NCBI GenBank assembly: GCA_945971245.1
Contig: CAMFOZ010000001.1
Location: forward strand, 140 to 64,139
DNA: 64,000 bases
Origin: an uncultured Lactobacillus sp.
GTDB taxonomy: Bacteria > Bacillota > Bacilli > Lactobacillales > Lactobacillaceae
Direction of reading: 5' to 3'
Below are positions 1 through 10,366 of this stretch, one piece after another. The position numbers and the translations under genes are program-made. The notes beneath the pieces are model-generated. The model searched no databases and was not told the DNA's origin. It worked only from the letters and a program-made list of their open reading frames with translations. The stretch's first letter is position 1; the number at the start of each line of letters is the position of its first letter.

Positions 1-305
1 TTAGAGCTGTCGGCGGCTTTGTTGGCCTGGTCCATTGCGGCGTTAGCTTTGTCAACAACTTCTGCAATTTGAGCAACCTGTTCCTGGACAACTTTAGCGA
101 CCTTGTGTAAGTCAGCTTCCATGTTCTGCTGGTCTTGAACGTCATTAATATTTACCCAAGAGCCATCAACCATAACGGACGTCTGAACCATCTTGGTGTG
201 ATCAGAAATTTGATGAGGTACAAAAGCGTTGTCATGGCTATCTGGAATAATAGGTGCTGAACTAGTATTTCTTGTCGTTGGAGTTATTTGATTGTCTTCC
301 GCCAT
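1..305 (-). CDS. phage structural protein with coiled-coil segment (fibre/baseplate-like); 3' end runs off window
   Basis: ATG at 305-303 with GGAGGAGGTG 9 nt upstream. Frame stays open to position 1. Translation MAEDNQITPTT...EADLHKVAKVVQEQVAQIAEVVDKANAAMDQANKAADSS. Absent from the ORF track because there is no stop in the window. Confidence 0.55.
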   Translation of the reverse strand, partial: MAEDNQITPTTRNTSSAPIIPDSHDNAFVPHQISDHTKMVQTSVMVDGSWVNINDVQDQQNMEADLHKVAKVVQEQVAQIAEVVDKANAAMDQANKAADSS

Positions 306-3030
306 TAGTCTTTTCACCTCCTCCACTATGGCTATGATCGTTATCTGTTTTATGAGGGTTATCGTAATCTGCAATGATAGGTTTTACCCAAATAGCTCCA
401 TTCCGCACGTTTTCGGTTTGCGATGGATCATCTTTTGAATAATAAACCTGTGGAACACGATCCATATTTCGATTCATTAATGACTTTAGGTTTGCTAATT
501 GTCGCTTAGGCGAAGAAAGTGAAAGCAAAGTAGCCGGAATGTTATCGTAAGTAATATCAGTCCCTTGGCTTGGATTAAATGGATACCACGTGTATGCAAC
601 GACCGTGACATCGGTGTTGTAAGATCGTTGTGTTCCCTTTCTTCCTAAGATGGTGTCTTGATCAGGAATTGTTAATTTTCTGATCTCACCCGCTATCGGC
701 ATTTCATTACTGTGCATAGTTATTTCAACCGTAATAGCCGGATCAGGTTGCAATTGTTTCGACGCGTACTTACGCATAGCATCAGCGTACTTAAAACGGT
801 CATCTTGGATGTCAGCCATCGGGTGTAGACCCCACTCTTCAATACTGTGTGGCAGACTAATAATGAACGGCTCAAAGTAATATTCCACCTTAGCATTACC
901 ATCGGTGGCGTCATTGCTACCCGATACAGATAAAGTCATCGTGTCTGGCTTAATCAGTTCACTATCGTCAAGACCATCACTGATTGTAATCTCAGATGGT
1001 TGTGCTACTTTAGCATGCATCGCATCATTACGAGCAAACCAGCTTGGCGGGAAGTAGCTTACTGGTTCAGACTTACAAACCTCTCCGGGCTGAGGTTCAT
1101 AGATCATTGTGTTGTGATCTAGTAAAAGGGAAATGTGCGTTGTCCCGCCGTGCGGTCCGTAGAATCCAACATCTCCGGCCCCCGCTTCGCTATACGGAAT
1201 TTCATGGAATGATGGTTCCATTGCTTGAGTTTGTGCCGGAACATGAATTCCGAAGTCTTGGTAGACTTGTGATACGTAAGATGAGCAGTCCATTCCAGAG
1301 AACGGATTACCACCACGCGCACCACCAGCACCACCCCAAACATACGGAACACCCAAGTATTTTTTGGCATCGGCTACAAAAGCGTCTGTAGATGAGCCGC
1401 TTCGTTTAATAGTGATGTCATCACCACTAATATCGAAATCCGGGGTACTATCACCATTGTTATCGCCGATATTAATGGACGGGCTAGAAGTGTCTGTGCT
1501 ATTATCCTGAGTTTCCTTTTGTGCACCAATAACCCGAACCTGGTTGGTAATATTGGTTGAATCTTCCGTTAGCTTAATATCACTAGTATCGTGGATATAG
1601 GTAATTCGCTTACCGAAGTTTTTCTTAAAGGCGTCAGCACTGTAAACGTCCAGTCGAAGCCCAACTGGATAAATAATTGTTCCCGGCCAAGTATCCGTAA
1701 TTTTCTGGATCATATCCTTACCAGAAGCATTTCCCAGGTTTTCAATTTGCTGTTTATCGAAGTCACCATAAACGTGATAACTGAATCCAAATGGATTGGC
1801 TGTTGAATCATTCAGAAAGTAATTCAATACGTCCTGAACTGTATAAGTCAGCACACCATTGCGAACGTTGTGCTGGAAAACACGACCAATTTCACTGTTA
1901 ACAAAATGAATTGCAGTTACTGTGTAGAGGCCAACGCCGTTTTCATCTTCCTCAACATTTTTAATAACATAAGGCTCGTTATTAAAAGTAACCGTTGATT
2001 CAACAGCAATATAATTGAAGCTTGGTGAACCATCGTCGTAGGCAACAAACTGGATTTCATTAGTGCTGTTATCCTCGTATTGCACTTGAAAACTATCGCG
2101 CATAAAGCAGGTCATTGGTACCTTCTGCTTGGCATGAAGTCCTTGAATTAAAACTCTTTGGTCAAATTGAGGGACATCTGATTCGTCAACATCAACTTCA
2201 GCAGTAACCTTATCATTAACGATGATGGATCCATGCCGCATCTTAAATGAGGCTCGTGTCTTAGTCAGCTCAGTCCATTCCATAATGTTGTCACTGGTAG
2301 ACGAACGAAAAACTAAGCCGTTACCATCAGTTTGATCAGCAAACAAACGAACCACATTACCATCTAAGAACAGCTCCGGCCCTTCAACCCATCCAGCAAT
2401 GCCGCTATCGTGGCTGTTGTACTTTTGCGGTGCGGGTGCAAAGTTAACGGGGAACTTCTGATAGGGGCCTAGATAGTTATCTGAACTAAAAATATAGTTA
2501 CCGCCTATTGCTAAGTAATAAACACCATCGTGTACAAAAATATCCGGATCAATTTTGTAACTGTTGTCAATGGCATCGGCACGGAACGAAATTGTTTGTT
2601 CTACATTACTGATTGTGTCTGTTGCGGGGTCAAAATCAGCAACGTAATCATTTAACACCCCTTGATCAGAATCACCAGCGCAATAAACAATGTGGTATTT
2701 ACCGTTTAGATCCTGGAATATTTCAGGCGCCCATAGAGTTTTGAAATTACTTTTGTTTGGTATGTAGTCAAGGGCTTGAAACTCGATGAAATCAGATGTC
2801 TTATAAAACGCACCCGTTCCAATAACGTAATAGTTATCACCGATCTTCTTGACATAACCATCACGTAACGGTTGAATCCCGTTAACTTCGCCGATAGTCT
2901 TCCAGCTAACCAAATTATCGGAATACGCCATCATTGGTGTGGCTTGCCAAGGATCCTTATCGGTTGGATGAGACTGAAAACCAAAATATACATAACGGTG
3001 GTCTTGTAATGCTTGTAGTGCAGAAATCAT
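262..3030 (-). CDS. tail-associated lysin (Tal)-like protein: N-terminal beta-propeller glycosidase-like region, tail endopeptidase core and NlpC/P60 peptidase
   Basis: 922-aa ORF after Dit. NlpC/P60-like GVPYVWGG...DCSSYV...H motif. The central region resembles prophage tail endopeptidase N-domains. The first ~290 aa carry WAPEI and EGPELF motifs typical of GH43/GH32-type propellers. Confidence 0.8.
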   Translation of the reverse strand: MISALQALQDHRYVYFGFQSHPTDKDPWQATPMMAYSDNLVSWKTIGEVNGIQPLRDGYVKKIGDNYYVIGTGAFYKTSDFIEFQALDYIPNKSNFKTLWAPEIFQDLNGKYHIVYCAGDSDQGVLNDYVADFDPATDTISNVEQTISFRADAIDNSYKIDPDIFVHDGVYYLAIGGNYIFSSDNYLGPYQKFPVNFAPAPQKYNSHDSGIAGWVEGPELFLDGNVVRLFADQTDGNGLVFRSSTSDNIMEWTELTKTRASFKMRHGSIIVNDKVTAEVDVDESDVPQFDQRVLIQGLHAKQKVPMTCFMRDSFQVQYEDNSTNEIQFVAYDDGSPSFNYIAVESTVTFNNEPYVIKNVEEDENGVGLYTVTAIHFVNSEIGRVFQHNVRNGVLTYTVQDVLNYFLNDSTANPFGFSYHVYGDFDKQQIENLGNASGKDMIQKITDTWPGTIIYPVGLRLDVYSADAFKKNFGKRITYIHDTSDIKLTEDSTNITNQVRVIGAQKETQDNSTDTSSPSINIGDNNGDSTPDFDISGDDITIKRSGSSTDAFVADAKKYLGVPYVWGGAGGARGGNPFSGMDCSSYVSQVYQDFGIHVPAQTQAMEPSFHEIPYSEAGAGDVGFYGPHGGTTHISLLLDHNTMIYEPQPGEVCKSEPVSYFPPSWFARNDAMHAKVAQPSEITISDGLDDSELIKPDTMTLSVSGSNDATDGNAKVEYYFEPFIISLPHSIEEWGLHPMADIQDDRFKYADAMRKYASKQLQPDPAITVEITMHSNEMPIAGEIRKLTIPDQDTILGRKGTQRSYNTDVTVVAYTWYPFNPSQGTDITYDNIPATLLSLSSPKRQLANLKSLMNRNMDRVPQVYYSKDDPSQTENVRNGAIWVKPIIADYDNPHKTDNDHSHSGGGEKTNGGRQSNNSNDKKY

Positions 3031-3052
3031 AAATAATCACCTCACTAATTTA

Positions 3053-3084
3053 CGCAAAAGAAAAAGACCACCGTTGGTGATCTT
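3053..3084 (-). terminator. rho-independent terminator-like hairpin between Dit and Tal
   Basis: Minus strand AAGAUCACC-AAC-GGUGGUCUU (9 bp including one G-U) followed by UUUCUUUUG. Confidence 0.5.
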
Positions 3085-3113
3085 GATAATTTTTCCATTA
3101 ATTTATCGCCTTC

Positions 3114-3989
3114 CTAGTTAAGGTAAACAAACCGAAAGTGAAAGGTAACATCGACATCATCGTAGCCGAAGATCTTAATGTCGTTCCAGCCAGGAGCTAA
3201 CCGCATCCAAGCATAATTGCTATTAAGGTTATCAATTTCTCCATTCTTGTAGACATTAAGATCACTAAATACGAGCTTATCTTCAGGCTCAATACTACCG
3301 CTATAGATGATTTCATCCCCAGTGGTCTGATTAACCATGTCAAAATGACCATTATATCCTGTCACAATGATTTGTAATGGATATCTTTGTAGCGGATCAA
3401 TGGTGATATCACTAGCGTTGTAGACCTTGAAGTAATGTTGGTTCACAAAGTGATATTTCAGATCCTGACCGTTAGGCAGATTCATGCCGTACTGCCACAA
3501 GTCTTTTTGATATTCCATAAGATCATCGCTATATGCATACGACCATTTAACTCCAGAAGGGTTGTCCCACGGAATCGTAAATTGAATATCATGGGATTGG
3601 TCTTCTTGAGAAGCAATCGTATAGGTGCTTGGCCGAACAAAGGCGATCTTACCGGGTTCAGCATCGGTTCGAATACGGTATAGACCTTTTTGAGAAAAGA
3701 ACTGGGCGATTTCGTGCTTCTTCATTTTGTAATCGTACCAATCACCAAAGTGAAGCCAAAACCGACCAGTTATCGTTGTCTTATCGTATTGAGAATAGGA
3801 ATATACCTGGCCATCTAATCCAGAATCAGCCGTATAGTTGTTGGCTAATACCGGATTAGTGTCATCATCAAGATAACGCAGACCTGCTGTGATGTTTTCA
3901 GCATCAATTTCATCACCATCAGGAGGCTTAATGAACAGCTTTGGCCAGTTATATTTCAAAGACTTGATGTCTAAATCTCTTCCAGTCAT
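3114..3989 (-). CDS. distal tail protein (Dit)
   Basis: 291-aa ORF directly after the tape measure gene. Position and size are typical of siphovirus Dit. Confidence 0.7.
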   Translation of the reverse strand: MTGRDLDIKSLKYNWPKLFIKPPDGDEIDAENITAGLRYLDDDTNPVLANNYTADSGLDGQVYSYSQYDKTTITGRFWLHFGDWYDYKMKKHEIAQFFSQKGLYRIRTDAEPGKIAFVRPSTYTIASQEDQSHDIQFTIPWDNPSGVKWSYAYSDDLMEYQKDLWQYGMNLPNGQDLKYHFVNQHYFKVYNASDITIDPLQRYPLQIIVTGYNGHFDMVNQTTGDEIIYSGSIEPEDKLVFSDLNVYKNGEIDNLNSNYAWMRLAPGWNDIKIFGYDDVDVTFHFRFVYLN

Positions 3990-4000
3990 CTATTCACCTC

Positions 4001-7000
4001 CTAAAATGATAATCGTTGATAGTCACTCAACAACGTGTCCTTAGCCGTCTGCTTGTAACGTGCCATTGGATCGTTGGCTGAGTTAGTTGCACCAATTAGC
4101 TTACCTAATAAACTAATCATTTCTGAGTTTTGCTTTACCAAAGCGTTAAACCGCTCAATTACGGTGTCATAACGCTTCTTACTTTCCTCAGAGTTGTTGG
4201 CGTAGCGATCAGGCAATCCTGAACCACCGCCATCTTTTTCCATTCGAGTTAAGGTAGCATCAATCATTTGACGAGCACGAGGGCGCTTGTTGATATCCAT
4301 TGGAATAATGGATTCAAGCTCATTGCCTTCTGCCATTTCATATAGGCCGTGTTGGTTAACAAAACCACCATCAGCCCATCCATGACCGTTACCAACGTTA
4401 CCCCAACCACCTTCGCCACCACGATTAAGAGTGGCAATGGCGGCAAGGATTTGGTCATAACCAGACCAGATGTTGTGGTGCCCAGGCACGGCATCTGCTT
4501 CAAAAGTCGATCGTTTGAATTGAAGTAAACCAAGAGCACGACCAGATCCATCTCCATCAGGGTCATCACTTGGGCCTTGCTGAGGAAGCTTTTCATTACC
4601 ACCAGATTCGGTTTGGATCTGACGAAGTAACTTACCGATCTGTACTTCACTCAAATGAACACCCAATTTAGCAGCGGCAGATAAAATAACCGGACGCCAG
4701 TCACCATTAACGGGTTCCTTCTGCTCGCCTAATAGATCTTTCAACTTGTTGGCAATTCCAGTAGCAAAGGCAATTGCTTCCGCTTTACCGAGTGATGGGT
4801 AAATTGGCGCACCATCCCAATGAGTCTTTTGAAGGATTAACTGCTTTGAAGCTTGCTTGGGGTTCTTTTCGAAGAGTTGGGAAATCTTATCCATTTCTTC
4901 GTCGGACATATTACCTTTATCGTACCGATGCACACCCAAGGAATTCATAAAGGTATACGTCTGCTCACCAGACATAACTTTCGTCCCTCGAGGAGCATTC
5001 GGAATCAAGGTATTCCGGCTTTGTGGAATGAATGCTTGACCATTCGGCAGAAGAACTAATTCCTTCCAGTGTGGCCGAACGGAATCGTTGACCAGCATGT
5101 TACCACCAGGGTGGCCACCAATGTCTTTAGTACCATTAGCGTAGTTGATCTTTTCAAGCTTCTTGTCACCACCAAAGTCGCCGATAACAGCGTTAATCCC
5201 AGTGATACCTTGGTTTAACCGCCGGATGATACCACGAGAAGCGGTCCGAGCATAACCAGGGAGCTTGTTAAAGCCCACACGCATGTAATCACGCACCGCA
5301 TCGACCCAAGTCTTCCATGCCTTCAAGTGTGCTGATGTGAACTTATCTTCATCAGACCGCATTTGGCTGAATTTTGATTGTTCAGTATCAATAACCTTGT
5401 TTAATGCATGGCTAGCAGTTGGGTTAAGCCGATTCCACGTGTCTTTCCAATCACGGTTAAACGTACTCTTGAATGAGCGTAGATCACGTTTAATCGAGTT
5501 AACACGATGACGGAAAGTTGAGGCCCAGTTGTATTTGCCGTTCATAGAACGACTAGCCAGCTGAGATTGAGTCAACATTTCACGACCGAATGGATACCGA
5601 CGTAACGTCCGATAAAGTGAACGAGAATCGTTCCCTGCTCGAGTAAGCCCATTATTCTTTCGGTTAAACGGACGCAACGAGCGATTTAACCGAGTGAATG
5701 CAGTTGATGCATTGCGCAATGGCTTAGGTAATTGCCGCCATGCACGTGCATTCTGTTGTGCTTCCCGAGATAGCAGTCGTAGATTCTTTGTTAGTCGTGA
5801 CTTATTAATTGAGCGTCCAATGTTATTGAAATAGCGAGTAACGTTAACTCGAATTAATCGTCTAAATGAGGTGTAAAGCTGTCTGGATGACCGACTAATT
5901 TGTGTAAACGTCCGTCGAATATTTACACGTTGTAGTTTGCGGAAATCATTAGTTAAGCCACGCACGGCAGACCGAACACGGTTAATTTGTTTAAGCTGAG
6001 CTGATGAAGTGTTGCCAGCTTTAGAGCCACCAGAATGGCCGCCACGAATCTTATCGATCATTTTGCCGATTCCGCGTGCGGCTTTGCCTGCTACTTTGAA
6101 TGGCCATTCAAGGATCTTAGCTAATCCTCTTGCAGCAATAGTTGCTCCCTTCTTAATTACAGGCCAAGCTTTACCCAGAGTGCGGCCAATTGCTTTACCA
6201 GCAGTACCACCAATTGCACCACCAAGAATAGAACCGGCGACAGTACCGATTGGACCAAAAGCAGATCCTAAAGTACCACCAACACCGGTACCGATAGCGC
6301 CACCAGTAGTTTGTCCTAATGACTTACCAACGGCTACAGCTCTGTTCCGTTTAGAACTAGATCCTAACGCCGCAAACAAGTCAACAGCACCAAACGCAAT
6401 AGTAGCGGCGCCACCGATCTTAGTACCAACAAATCGACCAATACCGCCTAAACGACTGCTTTTAACAGCCATTCCCATTCGGCTGATAAAGCTGCCACCA
6501 GTTTTAGCACCGGCCGCCTCTGCTTCTTTAGGGGCATTTTCAAAGACTGCCTTAGTTGGGATAGTCTTTTTGCCTTCTTCTACAGCTTTACCTGTGTTCT
6601 CAGTAAACGAACGACCAGTTGCTCGACCAGAGTCTCTGGCTTCACTAGGAGTATTTCGGAAAGTATCTTTAACACTAACCTTTTTGCCATTACGAGTTGC
6701 TGAATCGTGAACATTACTGGAGAAGGCACTACCGGTTTCCTTACCACTACGGGCGGCTTCGTCTTTAGAGCCGTCAAACATCCGCTTGGTTGAAACGTGC
6801 TTGCTATTGCTCTTGACCGACCGATCAACATTATCAGTAAATGTCTTACCGGCCCTAGTACCATCATTAGCAATTCCCCGTTCGTCTACGCCCGGTTTAA
6901 CACGCCATGACTTGATTTTGCTAACCGCACCCTTAAAGGCAGAAACAACCTTTTTACCAGCAGCGGTAACCATGTCCAAATCAAGCAATCCGCCAGTAAA

Positions 7001-9685
7001 CATCATGAGGGCTAAATTACCAATGGTTTTGAATCCAGGAACCACAACTTTATGGAAGGCTCGAACGTACCATTTTCCGCTGGTTGCCCCAGATCTTTCT
7101 GCGGTTTGCGCAGCTTCTCTTTCAACAGATCTAGCCGCTCCTTTTTCGCCAGCGTTTTCAGCACCTTCAACTTTTCCTTTTTCACCGGCCGATGGTGTAA
7201 TGCTGCCACCTACAGCAGAATCTCCGCCGGATACTTCATTATGCTTTTTCCAAAGGTCAATGTTCGCTTGAAGCTCTTCATTTTCCCGTTGAATTTTGCT
7301 TTTTTCTTCATCAATACCGCCTAAATGGAATAAGTTTTTAATATCCTCACGGACAGCACTCATACCATTAACAACGGTCTTGAAAAGCTTGAACGCTCCA
7401 ATCACACCGACAATAGCTCCAGTAGCCCGACCAGCCCAGTTAGCGATCGTATCTTTGTGGTGAGACGACAAGCCAAACGTCTTCTCTACTGCATCAACAA
7501 TTTCGCCAAGCCAATGGATAAACTCAGCAGCGGGTTTAACCACACTTGATAGTCCTTCGACGAATCCACCAAACCAGGAAAAGATTTCGCTTGAGTGACC
7601 ACCCATAGAACTAGCAACGTCTTTAACAGCTTCAGAGACATCATGAAGCGCCTCTTTGCCCTCTTTAGTTTGTGTCCAGCTGTTGAACGCAGTACCGACT
7701 TTATTGATTTGTGGTAGAAGCTCATTACCAATAACAATACCTAAGTTCTGCATTCGAGTCTTTAACACTTGCATCTGCATCTTGGTACTTTCCATCTGCT
7801 TCCGAGCTAGTTTGCCAACATAATCATCTTCTTCGGCTTTCTTTTCTTGCTCATTCAATTTCTGTAACTCTGTAGAATGGCGAGCAAGGATACTTGCCGC
7901 TTGCATACCAGTAGTACCAAACATTGCCTTAAAGAATGCCGCTCTATCGGACCTTCCTAGGTGATCAACGTGTTTGTTAATAATGCCCATGATCTTAGGC
8001 AGTGGTTTCAGAGCGCCAGACTTGGTTTTAAAGTCATCCATCGACATGCCATACTTTTGCATCGCACTTGTTGCCGCCGTAGTTGGCGCCGTCAATGAAG
8101 TAATGACCTTACGCAGTCCAGTACCAGCTAAACTACCTTCAATACCACTGTTGCTAAGAATACCGATAGCTGCGGCGGTTTGCCGAATGTTGAATCCAGC
8201 ACCTTCAGCAACTGATGAAACAAAGTTCATTGCATAACCCATGCTTTTGAAGTCAGTAGCTGTCTTATCAGCAGAAAACGCCATATCATTAGTGACCTGA
8301 TTAGTATGGCGAAGCATGGTAGCAGTGTTGTTGGAACGCATCCCGAAGGCATCGACAGCGTTAGTAACGTCTTTAACAACCTCACCATAATCATCGCCAC
8401 TGGCCCGTGAAGCCTCAAGAATTGACTTCATTGAACCGAGCGATTGTCGGGCAGTGTAACCACGCTTAACTAACTCACCATATTGGGTTGCAATATCTTT
8501 TTGAGAATATCCATACTCATCTGAATATTTACGAGCGTCCCGCTGCATTTCGCCCAGCTTAGCTACTTCACTTCGAGCTTCTCTAGCCGAATTAGCGCCG
8601 GTATATAAGTAGTTTTTAGTCTGAACCCACTGGTTACCTAAATCAGCACTTTGCTTAACCGCTCCACCAATTGCATAGCCCAGTGGAACAGCTGCACCAG
8701 CAGCGGCCAGCATACCACCACGCAGTCCTTCAGCCCACTCTCTAGTATGTGACGTTGCGCTACGGGCCCGAGCATCCAAGAGGTTCATGGCGTTGCTCAA
8801 ACGAGTAACACCACGGCCGTTAATAGATGCTTCTGCTCGCGCTACTTCGTTTAGTGACGTTCGGACACGTAAAGCTCGGGTTGCTTGCTCAGAAAATTCT
8901 GTATTGGCTTGGGTCATCTTTTCCTTTAAGCCAACCAGTGCAGCTCCTTCTTTGCGATACTCACTAGAGTTTTCACCGTGTGCGCGACGAGTCTGGGCTA
9001 CCTTGCTTACTTGCCGAGAATACTCGCTCTGTAGGCTACTTACTTTACTTTGTAACCTAGTCGTTTCACTAACTTCAGCGCGATATTGGTTGGTTAAAGC
9101 TTGATGTTGAACTTTAAGTGACTGTGCTTGAGCTCGAGACGTCGCAAAAGCATGCCCTTCAGATTTAACCTCATTGACGTAAGCCGTCATGACATTCTTA
9201 GCACTTTGGGTTTCTGCACGGAACCGTGATAGTCCAGTGTTAAGTTTAAGCATCTCAGCACGGTCTTTCTCAATGGAAGTGCTAGTCTGATTAATTTTGT
9301 GTTGGAAGTTTTCAATTTGTCGAGCGGTTCTGGCATAAGCCGTTTCAGTCTTGTCATAGGCCGATCGAGCCTTTTGAGCCGCTTCACTTTGAGAATCGCC
9401 GTACTTCTTAATTTCTTCAAGCTGATTCTGACGTTCTTTTGCAAGAGTCTTGAGGCGTTCACGTAACTCATCTTGAGCCTTGGTGTACGTTTTAATCAGC
9501 CGTTCAGAATCTTTGATTCGATTATCGTAAGCCGCAAAAGCACCTTCACCCTGACGAATTGTTTCAAAGCTAGAGCGCATAGCTGCCTTCATCGCACTGG
9601 CATCAGCTTTGATTTGTCGAAGGGTTGTTTTAACACCACGATCTTGCATATCGACCGCGAATGTATATCCTTCTACAACAGGCAT
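4001..9685 (-). CDS. tape measure protein with C-terminal lytic transglycosylase-like motif
   Basis: 1894 aa. Coiled-coil N-terminus, Gly/Ala-rich TM-like core, internal ~30-aa and Arg-rich repeats, and a QTESGGN...LGLLQF SLT-like motif. Confidence 0.95.
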   Translation of the reverse strand: MPVVEGYTFAVDMQDRGVKTTLRQIKADASAMKAAMRSSFETIRQGEGAFAAYDNRIKDSERLIKTYTKAQDELRERLKTLAKERQNQLEEIKKYGDSQSEAAQKARSAYDKTETAYARTARQIENFQHKINQTSTSIEKDRAEMLKLNTGLSRFRAETQSAKNVMTAYVNEVKSEGHAFATSRAQAQSLKVQHQALTNQYRAEVSETTRLQSKVSSLQSEYSRQVSKVAQTRRAHGENSSEYRKEGAALVGLKEKMTQANTEFSEQATRALRVRTSLNEVARAEASINGRGVTRLSNAMNLLDARARSATSHTREWAEGLRGGMLAAAGAAVPLGYAIGGAVKQSADLGNQWVQTKNYLYTGANSAREARSEVAKLGEMQRDARKYSDEYGYSQKDIATQYGELVKRGYTARQSLGSMKSILEASRASGDDYGEVVKDVTNAVDAFGMRSNNTATMLRHTNQVTNDMAFSADKTATDFKSMGYAMNFVSSVAEGAGFNIRQTAAAIGILSNSGIEGSLAGTGLRKVITSLTAPTTAATSAMQKYGMSMDDFKTKSGALKPLPKIMGIINKHVDHLGRSDRAAFFKAMFGTTGMQAASILARHSTELQKLNEQEKKAEEDDYVGKLARKQMESTKMQMQVLKTRMQNLGIVIGNELLPQINKVGTAFNSWTQTKEGKEALHDVSEAVKDVASSMGGHSSEIFSWFGGFVEGLSSVVKPAAEFIHWLGEIVDAVEKTFGLSSHHKDTIANWAGRATGAIVGVIGAFKLFKTVVNGMSAVREDIKNLFHLGGIDEEKSKIQRENEELQANIDLWKKHNEVSGGDSAVGGSITPSAGEKGKVEGAENAGEKGAARSVEREAAQTAERSGATSGKWYVRAFHKVVVPGFKTIGNLALMMFTGGLLDLDMVTAAGKKVVSAFKGAVSKIKSWRVKPGVDERGIANDGTRAGKTFTDNVDRSVKSNSKHVSTKRMFDGSKDEAARSGKETGSAFSSNVHDSATRNGKKVSVKDTFRNTPSEARDSGRATGRSFTENTGKAVEEGKKTIPTKAVFENAPKEAEAAGAKTGGSFISRMGMAVKSSRLGGIGRFVGTKIGGAATIAFGAVDLFAALGSSSKRNRAVAVGKSLGQTTGGAIGTGVGGTLGSAFGPIGTVAGSILGGAIGGTAGKAIGRTLGKAWPVIKKGATIAARGLAKILEWPFKVAGKAARGIGKMIDKIRGGHSGGSKAGNTSSAQLKQINRVRSAVRGLTNDFRKLQRVNIRRTFTQISRSSRQLYTSFRRLIRVNVTRYFNNIGRSINKSRLTKNLRLLSREAQQNARAWRQLPKPLRNASTAFTRLNRSLRPFNRKNNGLTRAGNDSRSLYRTLRRYPFGREMLTQSQLASRSMNGKYNWASTFRHRVNSIKRDLRSFKSTFNRDWKDTWNRLNPTASHALNKVIDTEQSKFSQMRSDEDKFTSAHLKAWKTWVDAVRDYMRVGFNKLPGYARTASRGIIRRLNQGITGINAVIGDFGGDKKLEKINYANGTKDIGGHPGGNMLVNDSVRPHWKELVLLPNGQAFIPQSRNTLIPNAPRGTKVMSGEQTYTFMNSLGVHRYDKGNMSDEEMDKISQLFEKNPKQASKQLILQKTHWDGAPIYPSLGKAEAIAFATGIANKLKDLLGEQKEPVNGDWRPVILSAAAKLGVHLSEVQIGKLLRQIQTESGGNEKLPQQGPSDDPDGDGSGRALGLLQFKRSTFEADAVPGHHNIWSGYDQILAAIATLNRGGEGGWGNVGNGHGWADGGFVNQHGLYEMAEGNELESIIPMDINKRPRARQMIDATLTRMEKDGGGSGLPDRYANNSEESKKRYDTVIERFNALVKQNSEMISLLGKLIGATNSANDPMARYKQTAKDTLLSDYQRLSF

Positions 9686-9712
9686 CTTTCAACCTCCTTT
9701 CTTGAAAAATTT

Positions 9713-10302
9713 CTAGAAAGTAAAGGCATTGCTGCCAACCAGTGTGATTGGGTCTTGAATACGGTCCTTCCTAGATTTAGCATTTTGCGCTGCCATCATG
9801 TCACTGAATGAAGTGTTGTAAAAATCACTCGGGAGAATCCCGTTTTGCAGCGCTTGTTGTGCCATGTAATCAATATCTTGCGTTAAGTTATCAAGATCCC
9901 AAACGATTCGGCGGAGCTTTATTTTGGGTCCTCTTCAGTGGCGCTCTGTGCCCGATCAATCCGATCTTGCATCTTCCGAACGCTTGGAGTGTGCATCCCA
10001 GTGAAGTCGTTAACTGCCTTAGAGTAGAAATCAAACATTTCGCTGTAGGACATAGTGGATAACTTTTCTGAGTCTTCCTTGTTCAAGTTAAGAAGGTTAG
10101 AAACTTGTTTAACCACTTCTTCGGTGATTACGGCATTGTAATCCGCAAAAGTAGCATCCTTATTCTTCTTGTCCATGTCGTCAATGCTCTTGTAGATAGC
10201 TTTCATACCAGCATTGATCTTTTTGATGTTACTCATTGAGTCGATGATGGTAAAGTCTTTGCCCAATACATCTTTAGCCTTTAATGTTGCTGTTTTTGCC
10301 AT
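9713..10302 (-). CDS. tail assembly chaperone, -1 frameshift product (gpGT-like)
   Basis: The -1 frame is open from the slippery site to TAG at 9715-9713. The extension reads ...KIKLRRIVWDLDNLTQDIDYMAQQALQNGILPSDFYNTSFSDMMAAQ... Confidence 0.7.
9919..10302 (-). CDS. tail assembly chaperone (gpG-like)
   Basis: 127-aa acidic ORF between the major tail and tape measure genes. Confidence 0.8.
   Translation of the reverse strand: MAKTATLKAKDVLGKDFTIIDSMSNIKKINAGMKAIYKSIDDMDKKNKDATFADYNAVITEEVVKQVSNLLNLNKEDSEKLSTMSYSEMFDFYSKAVNDFTGMHTPSVRKMQDRIDRAQSATEEDPK
9922..9928 (-). promoter_or_regulatory. programmed -1 frameshift slippery heptamer C CCA AAA
   Basis: X XXY YYZ heptamer immediately before the chaperone stop codon (9921-9919). 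Confidence 0.7.
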
Positions 10303-10366
10303 TCATATTCCTCCTAAGTTTACGTCTCACTTTCACTCGTCTCTGTCTTTTTTCAGTTAGTCTTGT

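Noticed and set aside
6009-7324. Long plus-strand ORFs (233 aa, 161 aa and 90 aa) antisense to the tape measure gene
   Set aside because: They are Pro/Ala/Leu-rich mirror-frame products of a Gly/Ala-rich gene. They lack SD sequences and lie entirely inside a confident 1894-aa CDS.
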